A stretch of DNA of 64,000 nucleotides from Octopus bimaculoides. Lineage: Eukaryota. This document shows positions 1 to 12,594 of the stretch, piece after piece. The position numbers and the translations under genes are program-made. The number at the start of each line of letters is the position of its first letter. Position 1 is the stretch's first letter. The notes below the pieces were generated by a model. That model saw only the letters and a list, made by a program, of their open reading frames with translations. It ran no database searches and had not been told where the DNA came from. The DNA is taken from assembly GCF_001194135.2 (NCBI RefSeq), contig NC_068989.1:91769964-91833963 (forward strand), given 5' to 3'.

Positions 1-30
1 TATACTGTACATATCTATTTACATATATAT

Positions 31-72
<42 letters not shown>

Positions 73-1099
73 CCGTTGATCTACTACCATGTACTTACAC
101 ACACGCGCATGCACACACATGCATACATACACATACACACGCATACATACATAAGAGTCTAGGATAAGCATAAGTCTATGATCTATTTATACACAAACGA
201 GACACAATATACTTATATATACACACATGTATGTGTGCCTGTGTTTGTGTGTATGATTGTGAGCCCTTGTGCGTCTATCAAAAATCTATATATTTTCTCT
301 GACAGACTGTTTTACTTTCTCACTCTCTTTGTATACAGATCAATTTATATATATGCATCAACGCACATACACTAGCAGACACACACATATAGACATATGT
401 ACATATATATATATATATANNNNNNNNNNNNNNNNNNNNNNNNNNNNNNNNNNNNNNNNNNNNNNNNNNNNNNNNNNNNNNNNNNNNNNNNNNNNNNNNN
501 NNNNNNNNNNNNNNNNNNNNNNNNNNNNNNNNNNNNNNNNNNNNNNNNNNNNNNNNNNNNNNNNNNNNNNNNNNNNNNNNNNNNNNNNNNNNNNNNNNNN
601 NNNNNNNNNNNNNNNNNNNNNNNNNNNNNNNNNNNNNNNNNNNNNNNNNNNNNNNNNNNNNNNNNNNNNNNNNNNNNNNNNNNNNNNNNNNNNNNNNNNN
701 NNNNNNNNNNNNNNNNNNNNNNNNNNNNNNNNNNNNNNNNNNNNNNNNNNNNNNNNNNNNNNNNNNNNNNNNNNNNNNNNNNNNNNNNNNNNNNNNNNNN
801 NNNNNNNNNNNNNNNNNNNNNNNNNNNNNNNNNNNNNNNNNNNNNNNNNNNNNNNNNNNNNNNNNNNNNNNNNNNNNNNNNNNNNNNNNNNNNNNNNNNN
901 NNNNNNNNNNNNNNNNNNNNNNNNNNNNNNNNNNNNNNNNNNNNNNNNNNNNNNNNNNNNNNNNNNNNATATATATACATATATATATATATATATATTT
1001 CTGTATGAGCGTTAGTATGTATGTATACGTGTTTGTGCGTAAATATTAATATAGATTTTATAGCCGTGCTAGCGCGCGCGCACACACACACATACATCC

Positions 1100-1138
<39 letters not shown>

Positions 1139-1671
1139 CTCTCTGTCTCTCTTTCTGTCTTACTCTCCCTCGCACACACACAGATGAAATATCCATATTT
1201 TACCATTACGAAGAGCGCTTGCATTTTCTGCACCCAGTTTTGCAATCGAAGCAGAAAGATCAGATGAATTTTACGGTTTATAAAATGCAAATCTCCTGCC
1301 ACACCATCACTGGTTACATTGTAAACACCGTAATTATTTTTTATAAACCCAAATATATTTCCATTGAAGTTTCTTGCATAAAAAAAGTTTTGTTGGTGCT
1401 TTTTTATTAGATGTGTAAACATATAATTCCATTCTCCTGCATTTTTGATAGACACAGTCGCATACGTACAGTTATATATTCCAAATTAGAGACCCATGTA
1501 ATGCATCCAGTCAGCATTTATCAAGAAAATGTTTAATATCTGCTGAGTATCTTCCTTTAACCGTTTGATTTTCAGAAACATTTTCAAGCGTCAATAATTG
1601 TCTTTAGGCTTTGAAATTTTTTTAGTTATTAGAGGTTAATTTGGTTGAGTTAGTGGAAAATGTAGGATATA

Positions 1672-1822
1672 GGTGCAGGAGTGGCTGTGTGGTAAGTAGC
1701 TTGCCTACCAAGCACATGGTTTTGGGTTCAGTCCCACTGCGTGGCACCTTGGTCAAGTGTCTTCCACCATAGCCTCGAGCCGACCCAAGACTTGTGAGTG
1801 GATATGGTAGAGGGAACTGAAG
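1672..1822 (+). mobile_element. tRNA-derived SINE, family A, 5' half
   Basis: GGTGCAGGAGTGGCTGTGTGGTAAG (A box) ... GGGTTCAGTCCCACTGCGTGGCACCTTGG (B box). Near-identical heads recur at 15850-15945, 50345-50505 and 59015-59180. Confidence 0.9.
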
Positions 1823-1966
1823 AGGTGGATAATAAGGAAAAGATCATAGAAGCAAAAGAAGATATTATGAAAGAATTCAGCAAGACTGAATTTAATGACA
1901 TGATCAGTAGAGAACCGCTACCAAAGCTCTCAAACAGCATAAAGTATAACAACATAATCATGATAT

Positions 1967-2731
1967 AGGGCTTTCCTATAAGGTGTTATCCACCCCTGAT
2001 TGGAACTCTCCCGTATGACATGTACGCATGCTCAGTGACTTGCTTTAACAGTTGCAATCAGCTGAATGCACATTGCCAGTGACATTTGACATAATTATCC
2101 ACACTCTGTGGTCAGGATTCTTTTTTTGGTTTGATGTCGGTATCGAAGGGATTACCAGACACCGAACAATACAGTGAGAGCAGCTTTCACTCACATCGTG
2201 GTATTCGATGCTGTGTACGTGTCTGTCGTCGTAAAATATGCCACTCCTTAACTGTTGCTTTGATTTCATNNNNNNNNNNNNNNNNNNNNNNNNNNNNNNN
2301 NNNNNNNNNNNNNNNNNNNNNTTATGTCATTATCTGTGAAATTCGGCAACTTACAAAGATCTTTAGATCAGGCAATACTTTACCGAGAGGAGATATAAGC
2401 TTCTGCTTATTCCTGTCTGAAGTATCGTCCGATACTTCAGACTTATCGTCCGATGAATTTACTTTGTTGACATTCTTCATCGAGAGAATTTTTATTCCTT
2501 TCAACCTTTCAGTCAAGTCCGCCTTTCTTCCAGTAACATACTGTCCATATAATCTTAAATATTTCTTTAACTCAGGCACAGTAAGTACTTCGATAGCTGA
2601 ATCATCAAGCTGCTTTATATCCATGATAAGACGTAAAACAATAACAATGGCGTGGGTAGCCTCCGGAAGTTTAATTATCTACATGGAGCGCCGCCTAGCT
2701 AAGGGAGATAACTTACTTATAGGAAAGCCCT
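1967..2731 (-). mobile_element. Non-autonomous TIR DNA transposon, ISL2EU-like (PHIS group), encoding SAP and SWIM-like domains
   Basis: Perfect inverted repeat ATATAGGGCTTTCCTATAAG at 1963-1982 and 2716-2735, imperfect to about 30 bp. TSD is AT (termini AGGG..CCCT) or, equivalently, TATA (termini GGG..CCC). Internal minus-strand ORF pieces. Confidence 0.75.
2045..2624 (-). pseudogene. SAP-domain plus SWIM-like zinc-finger protein fragment, spanning a 52-N gap
   Basis: 2322-2624: LTVPELKKYLRLYGQYVTGRKADLTERLKG fits the SAP consensus. 2045-2269: HRVWIIMSNVTGNVHSADCNC, followed after a frameshift by ACVHV (CxC..CxH). Confidence 0.75.
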
Positions 2732-3240
2732 ATATGATATTGATCTTAGACAGATTTTAAGAAATAAGGGAAATGACCTTACGATCTTAAATAACCTCAT
2801 CTAGTCCACTTCTAAAGTTGTAACTGCTCAACTAGGTTTCAGGGTGACCCAGAAAAGGGCCAACCATGTCAATAGACCTCCTAAGTCGAAAGCAGGATTA
2901 CAAAAGGGATCGATTTTTGCGGGCGGATGTATCAGTTCTCGATGAATTTGCTAGAGGAGTAAATGTTAAGACGAAACTAGAAGCTAGAAAAATCAAGCAA
3001 AAATATAAAATCTATGATTTTATAAACCTCCCTGCAACGAACGAAATAGGAGCACTTGCAGAAAACAGCACTGCTTGGAACCGCTCGAATACTCCGGATG
3101 GTGCTAAAAAAATAAGAAGTGTTACCTTAGTTCCCTGGTAGTGAACTGCTGGCACCGTAGTACACCGTAGTACACCGTAGTACACAGCGTTAGAAGCTGT
3201 GGAAAGGCAAAAAAAAAAAAATAATAATAATAATAATATT

Positions 3241-3448
3241 GATTTCAAATTTTGCCGGAACGGTAGCCATTTGAGATGAGAGGATGCGTCTATTTCACCG
3301 ACTCTGGTGTTCAACAGGTACTTAATTTATCGACCCTCAAAGGATGAAAGGCAAAGTCGACCTCGGTGGAAGTTGAACTCAGAACGAAGCGGCAGACGAA
3401 ATATCGTAAAGCGTTTCGCCCGGCATGCTAACGATTCTGCCAGCTCAC
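3241..3448 (-). mobile_element. tRNA-derived SINE, family B
   Basis: Reverse complement reads GCTGGCAGAATCGTTAGCATGCCGGGCGAAA..GAGTTCAACTTCCACCGAGGTCGACTTTGCCTTTCATCCTTTGAGGGTCGATAAATTAAGTACC, with an (ATT)n tail. Confidence 0.9.
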
Positions 3449-3805
3449 TGCTTTACTAACAGCAGCAACAACAACAGCAACAGTCGTCGTCGTCGTAGTA
3501 GTAGTAGTAGTAGTATAATATCAATAATAATAATGATAGTTTTAATATTGATGTCAATAGAACGTGGGTTTTGAAAGCAAGTGCTGTACCATTTGTTATT
3601 TGGAACCTTCATAAATATCTTGACACTACAGGAACAGCAAATATCTCGCGGAAAGTGCTTTCTAATTGAGGTTACACCGTTTGATAGGGAGTCAATTAAA
3701 CGATCCAGTTTTGACATTACTGCACAAATTGAAAAAGAAAAAAAGACCACAACTTATGATGATGATGATGATGATGATAGTGATTATTCTTACTAACACT
3801 TTTAG

Positions 3806-3977
3806 GGGGTGCAGGAATAAGTCGGTTTCATCTCCCCTTACTTATCTGGTATTTATTTTATCGAACCCAAATTGATGAAAAGCAACATTGAGCACGGCAG
3901 TATTTGAACTCAAAACATAAAGAATCAGAAGAAACTCCTGTAAGCATTCTCTCCTACGTGTTAATAATTCTGCCAGT
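3806..3977 (-). mobile_element. SINE family B, diverged copy
   Basis: Reverse complement CTGGCAGAATTATTAACACG..GAGTTCAAATACTGCCG..TTCGATAAAATAAATACCAG. Confidence 0.75.
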
Positions 3978-5693
3978 TCGCAGACCTTCCTGGATAAATA
4001 TAGAGCTGTATGCACTAACATTTCCATCCTCACTTCATCGTACCCCACCCCCACCAAAAATAATAAATAAAATAAAAGAATATTAAATCGACGTATCCAT
4101 GTTGATGACTGTAGTGCAGATGGCTGTTCCGTTTAGATTGCACTTTCAAACCTATTAATCCCAATAACAGCCATTAGTGTCTTAAAGAAAGGGACAAACA
4201 TGTTAATGTATCGTGTGTCAATTTCTTTAAATTTACAGGAACATTTCGTTCTCAGCACTATTCCTTAACGGGAACCATCAATTGACCCTAGAGTTAAATT
4301 ATATTCCCAACATTGCTTTTATTGTTTCAACAGAATTGGTGAATTGACAAGTGTGTGTTTAGTTGAGTTAATGGAATGAGTGACTGGGAAAATCGCTGGT
4401 TGACGTGGCTGGCGTCGCTATTTGATGTCTAGCTGGCTGAATAAAGAATTTGAATAGATACTTGGCTAACAAACTGACTGGCTGCTTAGCTCTCTTTCAT
4501 GACTATCTTTCTCTCTGCATACGTGTCTGTTTCTTTGAATTTGCGTATGTAGCTATGTACGTACGTACGTATGTATATATGTATGTATGCACGCATGCAA
4601 TATATGTGTATATGTATGTACGTATGCAATGTATGTATGTATGTATGTATGTATGTATGTATGTATGTATGCATGCACTGATGGATGGCTGGATGGCTGG
4701 ATGTAAGAATGGTAGGTTGATGGGTGTAATTGAAGGAGATGATATTGATGGACAAATAATTTTAGATTTATAAACTGAATAGAAATGATTAAAGGGTACC
4801 TATCGATTTCTATTGGACGCACAGTAATTTCGAATTTTCATCTCCTTTTAAGATATTTTTCCAATTAAAACCAACCCACTAGTGACGACAACCCATTATA
4901 TCAAGAATCTTAATTAGAGAATCTAAAATCAGAAACTAGTCGAAACCAATACGAGACTAAATACACTAAATAGATAACATAATGAAAGTAGTGCTGTCAA
5001 TTTTATTATTTTTTTAACATTTAATTTAATGTCTGGCATCAATTCTGGTGTGTGAATGGTAAATTCATTGCTTTCGTTATTATTGAGAAATGGAGGTTGA
5101 ATTCATCATAGGTGCAGCAACGCTTCATGAAAGAGGAGTTAGATTTGCTGTTCACAATAGCAGCGTAGTGTATTTATCTATCTATCTATCTGTCTATCTA
5201 TCAGTCCATCTAGCTGTCTATTTATCTATCCATCTGTCAGTCTGTCTGTCTGCTGTCTGTCTCTCTGTCTACATGTATATTACATAATATAATATTATAT
5301 ATTATATACTATATATTACACACATACACGCACACACACACATATACATACACTTATGTGTGTGTGAGTGCATGTGTGCGTACACGCACTCGCATATCAA
5401 AAGTAGATAGACATTGTCATTTTTGAAAGATTCATTACTTTGCTGGTGGAAGATGTTTCCTGTCAGCTGATCTCTCATAGTAACCAAGTTGCTTAACATA
5501 CCTCTAAGTGGCATTCCGGCTCTTTTGAAGTTGCTCAGCAACACTGAACTTGTGCTTGTTGCTTCGAGACACCAGAGCATGAAACTATTGATAGCTCTTA
5601 TTTAGATAATGTGTATATTAAGCGAAATTTATCTCTCAGTATCGAGAGGATTTTTTTCTTAAACCTACATACAACTGAACAGTAAACTATATA

Positions 5694-5797
5694 TATTCTT
5701 TGACTTGTTTCAGTCATTTGACTGTAGCCATGCTAGAGCACCGCCTTTAGTCGAGCAAACCAGACCCAAGACTTATTCTTTGTAAGCCGTGTACTTA
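5694..5797 (-). mobile_element. SINE family A, 3' part
   Basis: CTTGTTTCAGTCATTTGACTG..GCACCGCCTTTAGTCGAGCAAA is the reverse complement of 62820-62885. Confidence 0.85.
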
Positions 5798-6355
5798 TCA
5801 TATATATATATATATATATATATANNNNNNNNNNNNNNNNNNNNNNNNNNNNNNNNNNNNNNNNNNNNNNNNNNNNNNNNNNNNNNNNNNNNNNNNNNNN
5901 NNNNNNNNNNNNNNNNNNNNNNNNNNNNNNNNNNNNNNNNNNNNNNNNNNNNNNNNNNNNNNNNNNNNNNNNNNNNNNNNNNNNNNNNNNNNNNNNNNNN
6001 NNNNNNNNNNNNNNNNNNNNNNNNNNNNNNNNNNNNNNNNNNNNNNNNNNNNNNNNNNNNNNNNNNNNNNNNNNNNNNNNNNNNNNNNNNNNNNNNNNNN
6101 NNNNNNNNNNNNNNNNNNNNNNNNNNNNNNNNNNNNNNNNNNNNNNNNNNNNNNNNNNNNNNNNNNNNNNNNNNNNNNNNNNNNNNNNNNNNNNNNNNNN
6201 NNNNNNNNNNNNNNNNNNNNNNNNNNNNNNNNNNNNNNNNNNNNNNNNNNNNNNNNNNNNNNNNNNNNNNNNNNNNNNNNNNNNNNNNNNNNNNNNNNNN
6301 NNNNNNNNNNNNNNNNNNNNNNNNNNNNNNNNNNNTATATATATATATATGTATG

Positions 6356-6398
<43 letters not shown>

Positions 6399-7059
6399 TC
6401 ATTGTGTTTTGACACGGAGAAGAAGTAAATACACCAAAATCAGCTCGCAGCGCCACTTACTCTAACTGTGAGATGCAAGCATTTCGGGGTTATCTCCTCT
6501 CAGTTACAGAAACTGGACAGGGTGCGTTGCGGGATGATCAGAGAGATAAAAGAGATATTCCCCTCATTGTAGAATGATAGGTATCATAGGAGAGATTATC
6601 TCTTTAATCAGCTAACACGGCATCCGCTTTCTGTGACTGAAGGGGAGTTACTCTTCATGCATTTCCCAGTCTAGGTAGGTGGTACTACGTGCAGATTTTA
6701 CTGTGTTTACGCCATTTGTCTACAACGAGAGATTTTTTTCTTTACGGGTTCGAATATGCCTTAAGCAGTTAGTTAGTCTCCAGCAAAAACAATGTTCCTG
6801 CAGAAAATGTAAATGAGGCGAGAGTTCATCCATAAAGATTTCAGTCTTAACAATTGTTAATCAATGCGTCAAATACACACTTTCCTCTATCGAGATTAAC
6901 TGCAAAACATCTCGTAAGACGCCATATGCTACGTAGCTCCAGTTCTAATGCAACCATTTTTCCTCATTTTGCGATAATCAGTTATGTGAATAAAAAGAAA
7001 GGAATTCGATATCTATCGATCTATCTACTTGGAATTTACAAAAATAAAAAAAAAGATGA

Positions 7060-7200
7060 AGACGGGTGTGTGAACAAGAAACAGATGTATTAGTTTAACG
7101 CTCGGGAAGGTGATAAAGTATTTTACGTTTCGAGCCTACGCTCTTCAACAGCAAGGAACACAGAAAGAAGCAGAGAAAATAAAAGGTTTAGTAGCTAGCG
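7060..7200 (-). mobile_element. Probable Penelope-like element terminal fragment with a degenerate hammerhead motif
   Basis: Reverse complement of 7121-7156: CTGTTGA-A-GAGC-GTAG-GCTC-GAAAC-GTA. Confidence 0.5.
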
Positions 7201-7225
7201 ATAAATCATCTTTCTATCGGTCTGT

Positions 7226-7284
<59 letters not shown>

Positions 7285-7289
7285 CCTAC

Positions 7290-7354
<65 letters not shown>

Positions 7355-7961
7355 GGCCTGCCTGTCTGTCGCTCTGCGTGTCTGTCTCTCTGTCTATCTA
7401 TCTATTTAACTTTTACCTTTTCTTATCTTTTGTTTCTTTTAGTCATTAGACTACGGCCATGCTGGGACACACAAGCAAAGACACACACACGCACACACAT
7501 GCGCGCGCACACGCACACACACACGCACACACACACACACATATATATATATATGCATTATGATGACGATGATGATGATGTTTTAAGCTATTTTGACGGT
7601 TTGTGTTTGCGTATTACGTTTCCAATGTTTTCAATGACGAAGGTTTGATTTCACCGGAAAAGAATTAATTTCTTACTCCCATCGGCTCAATTCTATTTTG
7701 CATAGTTTGTACACTCAACATGAAAAGAGAAACAAAAGCAATCGCTGACAGTTATTCAAACAAGCTTATAATGTACACTCTACTGTGCATATTTACACAT
7801 TACCTTATCTATGTCTCTCTCCTCCCTCTCTTTCTCTCTCTCCATCTGTGTGTCTATTTATCTCTTGGTATCTCTCTCTCTATCTATCTACATGTTTGTT
7901 GATGCATATGTATTTTTACGGGCATGAGGGTTTGTTAGTATGCATACATATACATACATGC

Positions 7962-8028
<67 letters not shown>

Positions 8029-8191
8029 TGCGAATGGGTTTTTTATACGATGCCGAGTTTACGATCCTGTCAATAATAATACTGGTATTTTTATATAAGC
8101 TTAAAGCTTATGGCGATCACCGTGTAATGAGTATGGAAAATCAACCCAATAAAGGGGCATATAAGCCCTTGATAGAAAAAATAAGGCTTTC

Positions 8192-8268
8192 CTATCCGCG
8201 TGAGAGTCGAACCCACATCCATTTGTTAACGCGACTAAGTGTGTTACCTTTACACCAGTGAGTTAGCC
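8192..8268 (-). mobile_element. tRNA-like (Pol III A/B box) head, probably a SINE; not a functional tRNA
   Basis: Reverse complement GGCTAACTCACTGGTGTAAAGG..GTGGGTTCGACTCTCACGCGGATAG; no pairing acceptor stem. Confidence 0.55.
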
Positions 8269-8404
8269 TCCCCGTTTCTGTCAAATTTAAGTGCTATAAT
8301 AGTTCGTGTCTTTATGTAAACAAACGTTCTATATGCTTTCGGTACGAATGGCTTTTTACACGGCGCCGCGTTTACAATCCTGTAAATAACATTCTCATAA
8401 GAGC

Positions 8405-8945
8405 GACGTGGTATTTCGTTATGCAGCCATAATATCCTATAAATTATATTAGTCGTTTCTATAAGTCAATACTCTCTTCTACCGTGTTAGCGTATTTACG
8501 GTTGCATAACGAAATACCGTGTCCCCACAAATCACTAATATTAACATACCAGTTTCCAGTAAGATGCTTAATATGTAAAATTGGTATAATCAATGTCCTT
8601 ACTTCGATGTATTTAGTGGCTGTTTAAGCAATATTTGCGTGGAGGATTAATGGTGTAAACAGGTACTAATTAAGAATCAAAACCTCCCGAAATATGTCCC
8701 ATACACATATTACCCATTTTTCATCTTCGATCTCAATGACTGTCGACATCTGACGTCTTTGAAAAGAAACATCGTAACAAAAATTAGTGTTGGCTATTAA
8801 TTTCTATAGAATATCTGTAGAAATAACCTTAACAAGTGATGTAACAGCACTGCTAATACAGCAGAACACGGTATTGACTTATAATAACTTTTAACATATT
8901 TTATAGCATATTATGGTTGCATAACAAAATGGCGAGTCCCTACAA
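8405..8945. mobile_element. MITE-like element with long imperfect inverted repeats
   Basis: 8410-8490 is roughly the reverse complement of 8855-8935 (GTTATGCAGCCATAATATCCTATAAA..ATAAGTCAATAC). A further copy of the terminal motif is at 8500-8529. Confidence 0.65.
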
Positions 8946-8949
8946 GTCA

Positions 8950-9074
8950 TTGACATACAGCAACTGTGCGAGGATTCCAAATGCACCCGTGAAAACCTGC
9001 GACGTGCAATGGCGGAGCGAAAAGGTTGGAGAGAACGAGTCACGGCGATCCGTTCAATAAGCAGGACCAGGTGA
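8950..9074 (+). pseudogene. RTE-clade LINE 3' end
   Basis: QQLCEDSKCTRENLRRAMAERKGWRERVTAIRSISRTR* fits the RTE C-terminal DQL.ED..L..AM.DR..WR pattern. Confidence 0.7.
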
Positions 9075-9470
9075 TTTATATTTCCTAAATATTCCGTGGA
9101 GGAAATTTTTACAGAAATATATGTGCGGTAAGGAAACAATATAAACTATATTACGAGACATTAAAAAGCATACATGAAAAGAAAATCGCAGATATCAGCT
9201 CAATGTTCTGCCGATTTTTATGCTCATGAAATAATTAAATCAAATAAGATTTTTAAACAATGTTGCGCATTTTTTAGCAGTAACTGTATTCGTCATCGCT
9301 CAAGGAATGTCAAGACCAGTAGGATGTTTAAGGATAAATGAATGTGCAAAATTTACGATTAATCGAAAATAATATACCTGAATAAATGTACATACGAACC
9401 ATTTCGTATATATAACGATCGCTTTTAAAAGGGAAATAGAAACAGAAGTTTTAAACATTAAGCAATATAT

Positions 9471-10185
9471 CTAATCAATGATATAATTCTTGTTTAGTTT
9501 CAGTATCTTCTGATATTCTGTGGACAGATTCAATATTCCCTCCTCAAAGAATTTCCTTCCGTTACTGGCGAAGATGTATTCTAAGTAAAGTTTTACCTGT
9601 CTGCTCTTTCAATGAACTTTGAATAGACTGAAACATACTGAAATCCAAAGGAACAAGACCGGACAAATGTGCTGGGTGAGGCAAAACTTCAGCAACCTAG
9701 CCCCAGTATCGTCTGCTGTATCTTCAAAGAGGTCTGTGGTCTGGCATTCTCGTGATGAAAACCAATTCTCTTACAGTTAGCAAGTGCTGGGCGCTTCTAG
9801 TGGATCAATGCATTTAATTTGTCCAGCTGCTTGCAGTACACATCCGAATTGATAGTCTTGTCCCTGGGAAGAAGCTCTTAAAAATACGGACCACTTTGAA
9901 TCCCACCAAATTGAAAGCATAACCATGTTTGGGTGAAGTCCTGCTTCCGGTGTTGTTTTTGGTGGTTTGCTACCATTTACACAATGCTCGTTTACGATTC
10001 ACATTTTTGTACTCGATCCATTTTCCGTCCTCTGTCAAACATTGTCTTCAAATCGGAGACTAGGATTCGCCCCTTCAGTTGATGGGGTGCTTAAGCATCA
10101 AGACTGTGCAAGCAGCCAAATTGATGCAGATAATTTTCAACACTCCATTTTGATATTCGAAGTATATCTGCGATCATCTTGGTGA
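9471..10185 (-). pseudogene. Decayed mariner (DD34D) transposase
   Basis: GLHPNMVMLSIWWD, remnants of the HDNARPH and HPPYSPDLAPSD motifs, C-terminal KFFEEGILNL..NYIID*; many stops and frameshifts. Confidence 0.85.
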
Positions 10186-10619
10186 TATAACAAGAGGTTG
10201 GTGTCGATTAGCGCCTTCCCTTAGTCGCTGCTAATTTCGGTTGGCCGGCTCGAGCGTACCAAGATCAAAATCTTGAAAACCACTGCTAGCACACATGTTC
10301 CGTAACAGTAGCCTCTTCGCACACAGAACATATTTTCTTGCGAGTTTTCACTGCTTCCTTTACATATTTTTAAAATGTCAAAAAGAAAAAAGAGACAGAT
10401 GTCGACAATGCTCGATTTGGTTCTTCTTTTTCAGGCGTATCTGAAGCATGCACAAAGTACGACCTGACTCGTTGCAAGTTCGCATCGAACGACGATTGTG
10501 CGTCAGTTGTACATAAATACATACATAAGTGCATACATGTATGTAACTATGCATATGGATATGTACACACACACACACACACACGCACAATAGACATATT
10601 AGTATCAACTTTACTCATT

Positions 10620-10830
10620 AAGGTGGCGAACTGGCAGAAATGTCTGTCCTCCGAATGAAATGCTTAGCGGCATTTCGTTCGTCTTTACGTTCTGAATTCA
10701 AATGCGTCCGGGATCGACTTTACTTTCATACATACGCGGTCGATAAAAAAAAAAAGTAGCAGTCGAATACAGGGGTGGAATGAATCGACCCCGGTGCTCC
10801 TTCTGCCATTCTACCAAATTTTGAAACCAA
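10620..10830 (+). mobile_element. SINE family B
   Basis: AAGGTGGCGAACTGGCAGAAATG..GAATTCAAATGC..GATCGACTTTACTTTCAT..GGTCGATAAAA. Confidence 0.8.
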
Positions 10831-10892
10831 TATAAATGTTATTCATCGTATGAGGTAGTCATAAATCAATTTGGAAACCGATTACAATTTCG

Positions 10893-10902
10893 CTACTACT
10901 AC

Positions 10903-10980
<78 letters not shown>

Positions 10981-11310
10981 TAATAATGATAATAATAATA
11001 ATAATAATAATATTACCACCACCATCAACACCAATACCAATACCACCATTTTTACTCCTCCTACCACCACCACTACTATCACCACCACTACTACCATCAC
11101 CACCACCACCACCACCACTACTTCTACCGCCAACACTACTACTATGCTAATAACATTAACATTACTGATAACATTTCCACTACTACATCTACCATTACCA
11201 CGCCTTCTGCAATATTGTAACACCAACAATTTTTGCTGCTACTGCTGCTGCTGCCGCTACTATCTCCGCCACCACTACTACTACTACTGCTACTACTACT
11301 ACTGCCACTA
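10893..11310. repeat. Compound trinucleotide microsatellite (TAC)n(TAA)n(CAC)n
   Basis: Seen directly; it accounts for the poly-T/N/V ORFs. Confidence 0.95.
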
Positions 11311-12147
11311 CCAACAAAGAAAATGTTGACGGCTATTTTGTGTCACCGACCACCCACCGCTACTCTATTTAAATAATAGTATGAGCTGCAGAAGCGCCAC
11401 CTATCGGTTCTTAACATAACGGTATCGGCATTGGTAATAAATTGTTATTTCACAGTAGCACGGCGGTTGACGAAAATATCAATTTAGAAGACGCTATTAA
11501 TTATGGTTAATTGAAAAATGCTAATTACATTTGCATAGCAAAATAGAAATTCTCATATAAAATCTTGATTTGTGAGAATAAGAGTGCGGGAAAAAGAAGG
11601 AAAAAAACGAAGAAAGTGCGGTAAAGACTTTCATGCTCATTACAAATTCATTACAAATTCATTAACTTATGAAATGAAGTAACTTGGAGGACAGCTCAAA
11701 TGTTGAACCCGTCATCGATCAGCTTTGCAGCATCGAAAAGCATTCTGCTGCTATACTTAATAAGGCTGCACAAGTGACAACAACAGCCATTACTAATAAT
11801 AATGGTTTTAAATATTGGTGCAAATCCAGAAAATTTAGTTGTGGGATATTAGTCGATTATATTAATACCAGCGCCGCTCAAGTGGTTCTTATTTTATCGA
11901 CCCCAAAAGAATGAAAGGTAAAAATGCGCTCAGCGGAATTTGAACTCAAAACGTAACCGTTTTAACCATTGGCGCAACAACAAATATCTTGAGGACGCTA
12001 TAAATTGCTCAGGTTTCAGAAATATCCTATAGCCACATGAGGTAGTATCTATTACATTGACTTTAAACTATAGAATTGATTCTATATCGATCCCTTTCGC
12101 ATGGTATGAATGCCATACTGATTTATGTTGTAACTGTGCACGTATGT

Positions 12148-12222
<75 letters not shown>

Positions 12223-12594
12223 GCATCTACATAATAATGCTGGGAAACGTATATCTCTTATATTGCAGGAAAATAATCCTACGCGTAATGGGATTTCGGA
12301 GAAGTCAGAGAATATGGACTGAAATATTATCATATCCTGGGTATTGATATCGTTACACGGGTATAAATTATATTCTTGTATACCTCCATTGATATCTTTT
12401 ATATCCTTCGCTAATCTAATATTTTCTAGGTGTCGTAAAAAGTATTTCTCAGTGTTTAGATTTAACGCTCAGACTTTGAAATAATATATTTTGATATCAA
12501 GTTTATCAAATTTGAATAAGTTTCAAACTCTTTTATCTTTTAATTGTGAGGTTTGTTTAAACAATGCGACCCCAATAGTTATTTTCCTTGAATG

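Larger units (their letters stand above)
1822..3060 (+). pseudogene. R4/Dong-clade non-LTR retrotransposon fragment (region N-terminal to RT), interrupted by a TIR element
   Basis: Reads EEVDNKEKII..REPLPKLSNSIKYNNIIMI|YDIDLRQILRNKGNDLTILNNLI*STSKVVTAQLGFRV..PPK..LRADVSVLDEFARG..KYKI, matching from memory the LPKL / N.LIY / PPW..L..I..LRAD.S.L pattern of R4-type ORFs. It has a stop and a frameshift. Confidence 0.7.

Noticed and set aside
5488-5600. Minus-strand RAINSFMLW resembling an HMG-box start, with a GTATGT donor
   Set aside because: The similarity stops after nine residues, the rest does not fit an HMG box, and the acceptor is poor.
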